This document shows, piece by piece, positions 1-12,450 of a stretch of 64,000 nt of DNA; position 1 is the stretch's first letter, and every line of letters begins with the position of its first letter. Location of the stretch: NCBI GenBank assembly GCA_964016885.1, contig OZ024740.1:333312001-333376000 (forward strand), given 5' to 3'. Position numbers and translations under genes: made by a program. This stretch comes from Eledone cirrhosa (taxonomy: Eukaryota). The notes below the pieces were generated by a model. That model saw only the letters and a list, made by a program, of their open reading frames with translations, was not told the DNA's origin and did not search any database.

Positions 1-66
1 TCATTACCAGAGGTTTCCCGAATAAGACGAATACGAAAAACGTCCTCATTCGTTCATCGGACAAGG
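1..66 (-). ncRNA. Hammerhead ribozyme-like motif (U4C core variant), probable PLE terminal repeat
   Basis: Minus strand reads UUGU-CCGAUGA-[A CGAAUGAGGACG...CGUCUUAUUCG G]-GAA-ACC-UCU-GGU-A-AUGA: long stem II, stem III ACC/GGU, GUA cleavage triplet. Stem I runs off the window edge. Confidence 0.5.
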
Positions 67-1104
67 CAATTTAAAACATAGTGAAATATTTGAAAAATCT
101 CCTAAAGAAAGGCAAGAGTTTAACGGGCAAAAACAATATATAAATCAAAGTAATGCAAGAGATATACAAAAAAATAACGAAATATAGTTAGGGTATGTGT
201 ATATGTATGTATATGCACTCACAAATGTACATATGTGTGTATGTACAAATGCATGTGTATGGTGAAAATGTGTGCGTAAGTACATATATGAGGGCAAGTA
301 TATTTGTGTATGTGTGACCACAAATACTTATATAATATGAGTTGAAAAAGAAATTGTAAGATAATATAGTTAACACACATCCAGATACAGGTATTAAATA
401 TATACACATACGAGTATGAAAGCACGCATATAAACACACACACACGTGGTCACTTATATGCAGAAGATAAAAAGAGAAGGGAGTGTAATAGTAAAAAGAA
501 GTGTCATTCTCGATATATGTATAACAATGAAACAATATATGAGAATGAAAAACATTTTTTAAATCAAAGAGAAAGTAAGAGGTAGGGGTTATCAATTAAC
601 ATTAGAAAAAAGAAAACAAACATAGGTACGCACGTACACACATATATATATATATATAAATATATATACATATAAATACGTACAGACAAAAGCGCATGCA
701 TGTGTACATACATACACACGAGGCACGTATATATATATATATATCGCCACTTGTATATCTAATCACACGTACGTACTCGACTATACATATATATATATAC
801 ATACACAACCATACATACATATATATACATACATATACACATACATTCACCCACATATACACACACGTATAAAGAAGTATGTAAAAAACATAGATATAAA
901 AACACACATACACACACATATATATATACGTACGCACGTACACATACGGAGGCGTTCGTATACATATACAGAACGTATACACAAATATGCACACTCACAC
1001 GCATAGATACAAATTATAAACCAGCTGTATAAATAAATGAGTACAAATATAAAATCGGCTGCGAAACAGCAGAATATATCTGGAGTGGAAAACGCAAGTG
1101 ACAT

Positions 1105-1718
1105 TTGATATCGTGGTTGGTGTCGGAGATGTGGGAGGCGGAGGGGGTGATTGGGAGAGGGGACAGTGTGTAGTCGAGAAAGGAAGAGATGAGTTCAGTG
1201 GGGCTGTTGCAGGCGGAGACCATGGGGTGGCCGGGGTTGTCGGGTCTGTGGATCTTGGGGAGTAAATCGATGGTGGGGCCTCGGGGGTGCAGACGATGAG
1301 ATGAGATGTGGTTGGAGGGAGGAGGGAGGTGAAGACGAGATGTTGGATGGTGGAGGAAACTTGTTGTTGGCAGAGGGGTTTGGTCGGAAGGTAAAGGGCG
1401 GTAGAATAGGGGGATACGGAGCTGTCTGAGATCTTCCGGCGTGTAGAGTTCAGCGCGCTTTCCCACCACGGTTTCTCCCTTGTCCGCCGGTTTCATGACG
1501 ATGTCGTCGTGGTTACGAAGGGAGCGGAGAGCGAGAAGTTCGACACGTGTGATGTTATTCCGTTTGAAGCGGCGGCATAACTGGAGGCGATTTACTGCGC
1601 TACAGCAAGCGTCAACGAACGCGTCCAGGGTGCTAAATTGCCCGGTGTCGGCGTCCAAAAAGATGGTCGTCGGCCCAGGGCGAGAAAGGGATCTGGGAGG
1701 CTCGAAACGTAAGGTCAA
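1105..1718 (-). pseudogene. Penelope-like element RT N-terminal fragment (degenerate)
   Basis: ORF 1014-1718 contains DIVMKPADKG, LLPKIHRP-DNPGHPMVS and PTELISSFLD, motifs typical of the pre-RT region of PLE ORFs. (TA)n lies nearby. Confidence 0.75.
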
Positions 1719-1813
1719 TTATCACCCACACAACACCATAGAATCTCTCACGTCCGACATTACCAGCACTATCCATTATTGATAGAAGATATCTGATTCA
1801 GGCGTGCCACCAC

Positions 1814-1846
1814 TATATATATATATATATATACATACATATATAC

Positions 1847-1937
<91 letters not shown>

Positions 1938-1944
1938 TATACAT

Positions 1945-1990
<46 letters not shown>

Positions 1991-1999
1991 ATGTATGTA

Positions 2000-2033
<34 letters not shown>

Positions 2034-2085
2034 TGTATATATATATATATGTATACATATATATATGTATATGTATATTTATGTG

Positions 2086-2133
<48 letters not shown>

Positions 2134-2138
2134 AAGAG

Positions 2139-2203
<65 letters not shown>
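1814..2203. repeat. Compound (TA)n/(CA)n/(GA)n microsatellite
   Basis: Directly visible dinucleotide runs. Confidence 0.95.
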
Positions 2204-2205
<2 letters not shown>

Positions 2206-2843
2206 GTAGAGCACTCAGTCCATGGGACGTGTTTGGTAGAAGTTGAAACACAACAGTTAGTTCACCATACCGAGAACAATTGTTTCACCTTAGCGAAGGT
2301 AAAAGAAAATACCACACTGTCTGGTGCAAGCCAACTCTAGAAGAATGGTGTTGAACTGCTGTTTACATTTCGAATGACGTCTGACATCATCATGGAAAGG
2401 TAACCTGCCAAACATCCCGCCAATAGCTGTACTCCGTACACCATAATTTCCAAACCGGTACACTTTTACAGACGTCAATCCTTTCTACATGTCAATCTCT
2501 TATGGTTTTAAGAAAGTCAGATAATCTACACTACAATTTCAATTGATTAAAATATTTTAACAAGGATCAACACAGAGACTAAGAAATGTCGCCTCCTTTA
2601 CAAAACTGCTCAACAGATCTTCTGTGTTACGGCCCCTTTCTGTACGAGATTCATAACGAAATTTCGTTCGTACATGCCTTCTACAATGCCGCCATATCTA
2701 CACATTGGAACCTATAGCAGCGCACGTAATAAACCTATATTAAGTGTAAGAATAATACCTCTACTAATAATAGCAATAGCAATTATAATAATATATCACA
2801 CACACACATATATTGTGCGCATATATATATATATATATATATT

Positions 2844-2875
<32 letters not shown>

Positions 2876-3372
2876 AGTGTGTGTGTGTGTATGTGTGTGT
2901 GTATGTGTGTGTGTGCGCGCGCGTGTGTGTGTGTGTGTGTCCTAGGTTCAATCGGGAGTAACCACAGTAAGTAAGGTACTCAAAACATAACAGCGTATAA
3001 TTATTTAATATAGAGATAGCTTCTACAGGACCCCTAGAACTGAATGACCAGTTCTATAAAGTGGTTAACCACCAAACCTAAATGAATAATGCTCCTCTTA
3101 ATAATAATACATTTAATAAAAATAATGTTGAGCTATTGCCACCATCGGTCTAATTGCACCCCACTCTGACATCAACTGCAGAAAATAAGTCTATCTCACT
3201 ACTCAGTAACCAATACTTATATCCCTCTCTCCTCCTTCATTCCTTTTCCCTTTTTCCGTTTTCTTTTTTTCTTCTGTCCCTTTTTTCTTGTTCTCTTTTC
3301 TTTTCTTCTCTTTTCTTTTCTTCTTTTTTCTCTTCCCCCTTTTTATATATATATTTATCTCTCTATCTCTCC

Positions 3373-3443
<71 letters not shown>

Positions 3444-3846
3444 CCACTATAAACAATTTAATTCTCTTTAACTCCCTACACTCTAAATTAACGACATCAA
3501 GTCTATGAATCAAAACTGATCGAGGAATCCTTTCATCTTTACCCCTCCTCTCATTTCCGTTTGTCCCTCTACTTCCTAATCCTTCTCCCCCTTCCCGTTT
3601 CTCTCTATACTAGTAAATACGACTCCAAAAAACATTTTTTTTAAATATATTAAAAACCTTTTACAAGTAACTTATTCATTATTTTGAAAATTTGGAGGTG
3701 AATAACAGGTATTATCGAGTGGCTGCTATTTGCAGTATAGTGATATAAGGTTGCGCTTACCAATGAAATGGTTGTAAATACCTGGATAAAATCCTTTTTA
3801 TAATACTTACCTGTGTTTTGTTTTTTATTCTCTCTCTCTCTCTCTG

Positions 3847-3886
<40 letters not shown>

Positions 3887-3942
3887 TCGCTCTACATGGC
3901 TTAATACAATAAATGTAATCTGAATTATTCGAATATTAATAA

Positions 3943-4125
3943 TTGTTTCTACTTTAGGCACAAGGCCAGCAATGACCCAGTGCATTACTGGTACTTTATT
4001 TCATCGACCCCGTAAGGATGAAAGGCAAAGTCAACCTCGGCGGGATTTGAACTTAGATCATAAAGGGACGTAACTATGCTGGAAAGCATGGCGTCCGACC
4101 CTCTAACAATACTGCCAATCCACCA
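3943..4125 (-). mobile_element. tRNA-derived SINE (family 1)
   Basis: Reverse complement has B-box-like GTTCAAATCC, core GACTTTGCCTTTCATCCTTACGGGGTCGAT and tail GGCCTTGTGCC...AGAAACAATT. The same family recurs at least 6 times in the window. Confidence 0.85.
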
Positions 4126-4799
4126 CCTATCAAATATTAATAATAACATCCGTACATACCTCTGTGCTTGCCCATATACACGTATAAACAGACAACTACC
4201 TATATATGTGTGGATTCCCGGGGACACACACACTGTTGCGTGCCTCCCGTGTACACCCGTGTACATATTTTGGATAGGTAATATTAACGACAATAATAAT
4301 TAAGAGATCATGTACAGATAGGTATAAAGAGTTATAAGTAGAAGAGAGTTCTATTATATTTATTTCGCTTGTCTGTGTGTTTCATCGAAGTATGGCTGTG
4401 AATTAATTGGTATTCCTTAGGGTCAGCTCATCCACGTACCTTTTGAACAGATGGGCGTGCTGGTGCACACAATTCATCACGATTTTGACCCTCGCGTTCG
4501 TACTGTTTTTTTTCAGTTTTATTATTTCCGCTGTCTCCGCAAGGTGTTGTCCTCCTAAATGGAGCGAGGGTGCTCGTCTTATGAACGCCCATTCCGTGCT
4601 ACAGGTGCTGTTACAATCTTTAAGCAGCCTTACCTGCTTAAACAATGTCCGAAGGAGCATGCATGGTTATAGGAACAGGATTTAAAATGTCCGCCGGTTG
4701 TACCTAAGTATACATATTTTTTACTGTTTTCCTCAAGAATGATGAATCTGGAGACCAAGCAGTTGTTTCGAAACGGACGCTCCTTACGGGATCATGAGG

Positions 4800-5120
4800 T
4801 GCGGGTGACTGGTGGCTCAGTGGCGCGGGTTTGTGGAATGTTTGTGGCGTAGTATGGTTGTTCGTTGTTCGTTGTCGTCCGATGGTTGGGACTGTCATAT
4901 TCGCCTGCAATTCGCTGTTAGCGGTTGGGTGCAGATTCAGGGCTACTATGGAGGTGACTTTCTCGGTAGTCTTTCAGTTGAGGGCCATTATCAAGCTCTC
5001 AAGGTTCGGTGTTGTTAAAAAAGAGAACTTGGCCGTGTGCCTGTTAATATTATGATGGTATCTATGTGTTGGAGGAAAGCACTGGTCAACGGCCCTGAAG
5101 AATATTCCTCGGATGTTCGT
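4800..5120 (-). pseudogene. PLE fragment (RT thumb/linker upstream of GIY-YIG)
   Basis: Minus-strand translation VDQCFPPTHRYHHNINRHTAKFSFLTTPNL resembles [30 protein letters not shown] of the PLE at 37 kb. Confidence 0.6.
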
Positions 5121-5655
5121 ACGTATTTATATATGCATAATATGTGTATGTACATGTAGGAATGTATGTATTTGTATAGGTATATATATGGGAAAGTATT
5201 GACTTTAATGCACGAGGATGTAATTCAAGGGAATAATGTATTATATTTATGCTTTGAGTGAATATACATTTCTTATATAATTATTTAAAATATTGGTACT
5301 GCTTTCACTTTCACTTCAGAAAGTGGAATCCTACATACATCTACGCCTTTCCCCGGGAGATGAGTTCCTGCAGAGGAGCAGTATCAATCTCTAGATTATT
5401 TCAGGTTCTAGATAAGTGTCGGCTTAATACCGTACCAACCACAGTGCTTTACAATATATATTTCAAAGAAATTGTCATCTCAAAAGGAGAATGACACAGC
5501 ATGATATGTTATTCGAAATGCTGCTGTCATCTGCATCTTTTAGCAAAGCTTATTGTACATCATATCTGAATGCTATTACGATATTCTTTAAGAAAATACG
5601 TCCATTTTCAAACATTTGAAAGTCTTTCAAATACAGAACATTAGACTATATATAC

Positions 5656-5760
<105 letters not shown>

Positions 5761-5764
5761 AACT

Positions 5765-6555
5765 ATAAAGGTTTACATATACATAAAGTCATAGATATAT
5801 ATGTTGCAACCTGTCACGTTGTGGCTCAATGAAGAATTAATACATTAAATATTCAGGGCAATATATCATAAATCATGTCTTTAGAATTATTAGATAATAT
5901 ATATATCATTTCCTCCACCAATTAGCATAATTAACCATATAAAAAATCAATTAAATCAAGCTATAAGAATAAAGGCTCATATGAAGAAATTTCCGACAAA
6001 TAACCGAAAGCGACCTCTTCGCGGTGGCCCCAATAGAGTATTTATCCATCATTTCAACAGCATGTAGAAACTGACTAAATATACCGTCAACCACACACAA
6101 TTAGGTGTAAATTCAAACTTAGAGGAAATGTGTACATACCGTAATTATATCTCTACCATGGTTTCATCCGCATTTTTAGACATCCAATTAACAGGATATG
6201 TCCAGAGTATTGGATTCATCAGCAGAAAAATTCAAAATTAGACATTTAGTTTTCCAAAGTGATCGCGCCAAAAATAGATTCAAAAATGGCTAAGAATCGT
6301 GATGTGGCAGTGGTCAAGTTAGAAAGAATGTGATTAGTTGCTTACGGCGGGTAGGTTTGTTGCTAGAAAGCGCAGCCCAATATCGCCCAATTGTATCTCA
6401 ACCTAACGGGAGATTATTAAAAATAAAGGTTTACATATACATAAAGCCATAGGTATATATGTTGCAACCGGTCACGTTGTGGCTCAATGAAGAATTAATA
6501 AATTAAATAATCAGAGCAATATATCATAAATCATGTCTTTAGAATTATTAGATAA
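5765..6555. repeat. ~133-bp direct repeats (5765-5897, 6423-6555) flanking ~525 bp, embedded in (TA)n
   Basis: ATAAAGGTTTACATATACATAAAG...AGAATTATTAGATAA occurs twice with a few substitutions. Confidence 0.85.
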
Positions 6556-6556
6556 A

Positions 6557-6589
<33 letters not shown>

Positions 6590-7769
6590 TTAGAAACACA
6601 CAGATACATGCGGACACACACATATATACATGAATGCATACGCACCCAACTGTGAGTTAAGGGTGCCAACTTCACCGATGTTGCTCAATGAATGACCGGG
6701 ACAGACCAATTCAGTTGAACTAGACTGAACCAGTATCAGAGTTAAAAATACATTATGAAGAGAGAAGAAACATTTAGATATAATTAGTAATAAAATGTAT
6801 CATACCTAAACTGCTCCTAACTTCCTCGACTACGTAGTTTCGTGGCATAAACAAAAACAATATATAAAACGCCACTTAGCCATGTGTCAAAAGTCCGGAA
6901 TATTAAGGATTGTAGTTACTTGTGACTAAGACAATACGATAATGGGCGAAGAAAATAATTATTGTTGAGCGAAAATACTGCAGGTCCTCTCTATTAAATC
7001 AAATGTATTAGCGGAGTGCTATGCCTTACTACATGCCCAGGCTGTGGCAATCTGTTGCTGCTTATAATATTTATACCCTTGGTGCAATATATAAAGTAGT
7101 GGTTTAAACAAACATAATGGTGATTGTGATGTATCTGCATCAGCAACGATGATTGTGATGTATCTACTGCAGCGGATGATGATTAATAATGAAATATAAT
7201 TATAAATATATATATAAATTGTGGTGTTTTGAAAAATAATATTATTTGCGTATATCTATATACATGCGAATGCCGAATTTCTACAATGGTTAATGCGGCA
7301 TATGCAGTACCATGTATTTACGTTTTTCTATGTTTCGAATAACCATTTATATTGGAATATATGTATTTCTGCGTAAATCTGTTCTATTATATTGATCGAT
7401 TGTTCGAGAATAAAGCATATGTTAAGAGGGCCTTCTTTATGTACAATGTCAAATTATATATTGAAGCGGATTGAGAGTTGTTTAACGGTTGTTTGATTTT
7501 TATAATATAATGGACGTCTTTCAGCATGTTGTACGCATGGGATAAGATATATAATAGTTGTCATTACTTCATAAGAGGAAATGCAACAACGCGTAAAAGA
7601 TGCCCATGCATGAACAATATATTTGAGAACATAAAAAATGCCATTTCTCGAATGATTTTTGTTCGTATTGTAATACACCGATTATGAAAAAAAGCTTCAA
7701 AAAGAACTAAATCACGCACACATCAAATCAGCAATAACATACACACACACCCTCACACGCACACACACG

Positions 7770-7839
<70 letters not shown>

Positions 7840-7882
7840 TATATATATATACATATACACACATATATTTACATACATACAT

Positions 7883-7917
7883 CCTCTTTGGATTTTAGTC
7901 TTCAAATTTATTATTAT

Positions 7918-7920
<3 letters not shown>
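7883..7920 (+). mobile_element. Solo 3' terminus of the PLE family seen at 31193-32690
   Basis: CCTCTTTGGATTTTAGTCTTCAAATTTATTATTATTAC followed by (TA)n is nearly identical to 32653-32690. Confidence 0.7.
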
Positions 7921-7988
<68 letters not shown>

Positions 7989-8643
7989 CATACATATATG
8001 TGTACATACATATAAATACAGCGGTAGCTTCAAGAACAAATGGCATTATTTTTTCCTTACTACCATTTTTAAACCTACTATTAGCGTTCATCATTATTAT
8101 ACAAACAAATGGGGATTAAGCTAGACATTATTTGTAGTGCGCGGAATAAAACACTTTGCCGTCCCTTTTTATATTCAATCGACCAGGTTTCAAACCTTCT
8201 CGTAAATGCGCTATAAAATGTGAGCGAGATCGATAAAATAGGAATACGTGAATTAATTCCATTCATTTGTGAATTAATTTCATTCGTACTCTCAACTGTA
8301 CCACGCTGCCAGGCCTTCAACTTTCGTAGCATATCATTAATATATACATTATAATACACATTGTGGTGTGGATTAAGATAACTAAAATAACGTTGTGCAA
8401 GGTGTATTGCTGCACTGGTTATACGTCATGACTTCAATTTCTACAAAATGTTCCGGCAACGGTTAAATAGAAATATACAAGTAATGGGGTCGTGCAAATT
8501 AGATGTGTCAAATACCAAATAATATGAACTATTTCCATTTTTTTAAGAATATTTATTATTACAAATCACAGATTTTGGGTGCAAAACGTGAAATTTGAAA
8601 GGTTTATCCCTATAGAAAAAAATCTAAATTTCTTTTATGAAAT

Positions 8644-8790
8644 AATTGTTTCTACGTTCTGCACAAGGCCACCAATTATCTCAGTCTATTACTAGTACTT
8701 TATTTTTTCGACCCCGTAAGGATGAAAGGCAAAGTTAACCCCGGCTGGATTTGAACTCAGGCCATAAAGGGCCGGACTCTTTGCTGCAAA
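8644..8790 (-). mobile_element. SINE family 1, 5'-truncated
   Basis: CGACCCCGTAAGGATGAAAGGCAAAGTTAACC...GGATTTGAAC matches the other copies. Confidence 0.85.
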
Positions 8791-9188
8791 ATAATGAATA
8801 CTGGAAATGTTATGTCAGAACATCTGTGCATGAAAGATGTCATATGTGTATGAATTTTATGTGAGAATATATGGGTGTATCCCATTAAATAAGAAATGTT
8901 AGATTAAGTACTTTCAGTCTTTAATCTGCGAATAATAATTTTTAGAAATTCTAAAACGTGGCAACATTAATAGAACACTTCCTTCATCAATGTGCATCGA
9001 AAAACACAAGTACAGTATATTCAGGAGCATATTTAGCAGAAATACTTTGATGAAGATAATTCGATGCAATATCCTTGTGCACATATCACCTAGCTTCTAG
9101 ATAAATATATATTTGCTCAAATTAATCGGTGTCTTGAAGTATTTCGAAGTGGGCATATTTATTGTCTTTTGTTAAATGAATATGCCAC

Positions 9189-9283
9189 CTCGTATGCCTT
9201 GGCAATACATCCCTGCTCCAGTGTGATCGGCTCTGCTGTGCTTGGGACGAAAATCACACTATTCGTTAGCTTATTTGCTTCAA
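9189..9283 (-). CDS. Candidate isolated host exon, product unknown
   Basis: Polypyrimidine tract plus TACAG acceptor, 95-nt open frame (EANKLTNSVIFVPSTAEPITLEQGCIAKAYE), weak GAG/GTGGCA donor, in non-repetitive DNA. No homologue recognised. Confidence 0.25.
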
Positions 9284-10120
9284 CTGTATATTTAGTGACA
9301 AGGAGAGAAAGAGATATATATAAGAAGGTGAGAAAGAAATAATCAACCACAATATTTATATATTGATCTCGCAAGCATGAATATGGAATGCTGATCGTAG
9401 TAGCATTTGAACATATAGAACAGGGAATCAAAACTGATATTGAAAAGCAATATGTATGGAGTGGCTTAGTCTAAAGTTTCTTTGAGCAATGCTAGAACAT
9501 TTACATGGATATTTGATCCAGTCTTTTGATTTTGCCTTTAAATATCATAACTAGTTACACTAACGTATTTAGCAATATATTCTTGTGAAGTGAGCGTTAA
9601 ATTAAATATGTTGGGCAAAGGACATCGTGGGGAAACATATTTTGCTCGAAGTGAATTATTACTTCTATATGTCTTCCACAGTATGTTTGTCTAAATATAT
9701 GTAAATGCTAGATGAATCTTTGAATTCAACTAATAATACCTAGAATAAACATTTGAAATTTATGCGCACATAGGAGATTGTGAATAGGAGCGTTATTGCT
9801 GCATTAGAGCCTTAGTGACTTACATGAAATCATTCTGATAAATTGGACACAACACATTAATTTAAAACATACGTTTCAATTTATCGTATTAAGGATCTTA
9901 TATCAATTACATTTCAATATGATGGGTAGTTTGCAATATATATCTAATCTATGTTATTGAAGTAAACACTTATAATTTGGTTGCTTTCTCTTGCTAGCGC
10001 ATAGAAACTGGATTATATTGGCAAACCTAAGAACATTCTTGATTGAGTTAATAAATATAATTACCATCATTAATATACGATGATAGCTACCAGAAAAAGA
10101 GGATGCATTCTAATTCTTAT

Positions 10121-12358
10121 CAAAATAGTCGACTACACAGACCACAAATTTGTGATCTGTGAGATCGACATAGACAGACTTCATAGACAAGGGCCTGGTT
10201 ACTGGAAGCTGAACGCGTCTTTTCCGGGGCGCAAAGCCTACAGAGACCGGATTAGCGTATTAGTTAAGCGGGCGTTGACGGGAGCGGTCGTCAACAACAG
10301 GTGGTGGTTCACCCTGAAAAGGGCAATTAACGTAGAGTCGATTAGGTTTAGCAAAGGACTAGTGATAGAGGAAAATAGAGTAGAGTGTGAGCTAGTCAGA
10401 AATCTAGAAGAGGCGTTTAGGACAGGCATCGCAACCGACGTGCTTGCGGCGTGTTGCACAAACACGAGCAGATGTGTGAAGCTTTGCAGCAGCACTTTGC
10501 TGAACTGTTCGGGACCAGCGACGGCCCGGATCGGGGCATGGACTTCAGTGCATACCTCGACGGACTGCCTCGTCTCTCGACGACCGCAGCACAGTGTTGC
10601 CAAAAGCCAATAACAGCCGGTGAAATACCGGAAGCGATGGCTAACTGCACGAGGGGTCAATCGCCAAGTTTGGATGGCCTGGCCTACGCCGACGACGTCA
10701 CCGTGGTGGTGTTGAGCACCAGACACATCCAGATGCTCGGCACCGCTCTCAAGGAATACGAAGCGGTGATAGGAGCAAAGATAAACCAGGAAAAGTCGGT
10801 GGGCTTGAAGCTCGGCACCTGGAGAGGCAACTCCATGCCGTCCGACAGCGTCGTGGGGCGTTGGACGGACGGACCAGTTAAATTGCTCGGGGTCTGGTTC
10901 GGACCGGACCTCCAGATGGAGAAAAACTGGTACGAGGTGACGAGCAAGGTGGCCCCTCCCTTGTCGAGAAATGGGCCGAGAGCAAAAGGTCCCTGAAAGG
11001 CCGGGCAGGGGTGGCGAATGCGTACATCGCATCCGTCATCTGCTACCGCCTCACCGTCGTCCCTTGCCCCGGCCCAATTCTCACCAAAATGGAGCGCCTC
11101 CTCTTCCGTTTTTTGTGGAAAGGACGGGCTCCCATGGTCAGACGATCCATCTGCTGTCAACAACCGTTGCGTGGAGGACTGGGCATGCCATGGCTGATGA
11201 TGCGCAAACATGCGCTGAGGCTGCAACATCTCTGGTGCTTCCTTGACGGTGAACAGGTGTAGTCGGCGTTCGCCAGGCAGGTTTTCCCACAGCTCGTCTC
11301 CTTGACGGAGCTGCAGTCTTGGGTCAGAAAAAGACTGAGGGATAGCGCTTGGAAACTGGAATGTCTCCAGGCGCTCACTGCCCTCTTCCACATGGGCACC
11401 AGTATCGGTGGCACATCCACCTCAGCGTTCTATAGAGGACTAGAGGAGAGGAAGTGCGACGACGTTCTCGGAGAGATCCTGGGCGTCGAAGAAGATCAGC
11501 TATATGCTCTCTTTCAGAGAACTTTCAGCCCAGGGCCTATGGATAACTTCCCAAAATCCCTGCCCCTGCAGTGCAACCGGGGAAGGCTGCCGGTTCGAGA
11601 TAAGCTCTACAGGCACTGAAGTGCCGTCAGCCGAGCCTGTCCGAGATATGCGCAGAACGACGAAACCGTCGTGCACGCACTCGTTCAGTTCCCGAGCATT
11701 GCTGACTTGTGGAGCTATGTCGAACAGTTGCTGTCGCGTGTAGGACTGATCCGGTTATCGACTGAGTCCATTGTGCAGATGGTCTCACCGTCTTCCTTCG
11801 TGGAGGAAGGGCAGGCGGTTTTCATCTGCCTGGTGGCCATGGCGAAAGAGATTGTGTGGTGGACAAGATTGAAAATGTTAAAGACAGACACTTTCCTCTT
11901 CGGCGAATCCCTAATTAACTTTTTCAAGTTTCATTTGAAGAGGAAAATCAGGGTGGAAAGGCAAGTGCTGCTTTCTAGCAAGTTTGTTGAAAGGTGGGTG
12001 AATGTAGCGAGAATGGTCCGAGTGAATGCGGCCGCTCTGAATATACGTCTGTAGTTTGAGAAATGGAAAAATTGAGAGAGGGCGCTTGCCCTGGTGGTCA
12101 GAGTGGCCGTGGTCTTTTGTGTGGTTTTCGCCACGAGTAAACCTCGGAGGTTTCCCCCCTATTGGGGAATTTTTCTTTGTTTCAATTTTCATTTTTATTG
12201 TTTATATATATATATGTTTCTATGTCTTTTTTTTCTTTAATTATATAAATAATAAAAATATTTACACGCACAAAACCGACATCGTACCGTCCTGTACCAT
12301 CCTGTGCGGTCTGTAATGTTTTTCCTTGATGTCAGCCCTTGTGGCCAATACAGAAATC
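10121..12358 (+). mobile_element. Tx1/L1-clade non-LTR retrotransposon, 5'-truncated with internal deletions (copy 1)
   Basis: APE C-terminus (YTDHK...GPGYWKLN), YADD, GGLGMP and C-terminal ET..HAL motifs. The 3' end CCCTTGTGGCCAATACAGAAATC runs into (ATT)n. Confidence 0.9.
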
Positions 12359-12386
12359 ATTATTATTGTTTTCATTATCATCATGA

Positions 12387-12440
<54 letters not shown>

Positions 12441-12450
12441 TATTATTATT

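Noticed and set aside
188-2340. Many [12 protein letters not shown] ORFs here and throughout the window
   Set aside because: Translations of dinucleotide microsatellites, not genes.
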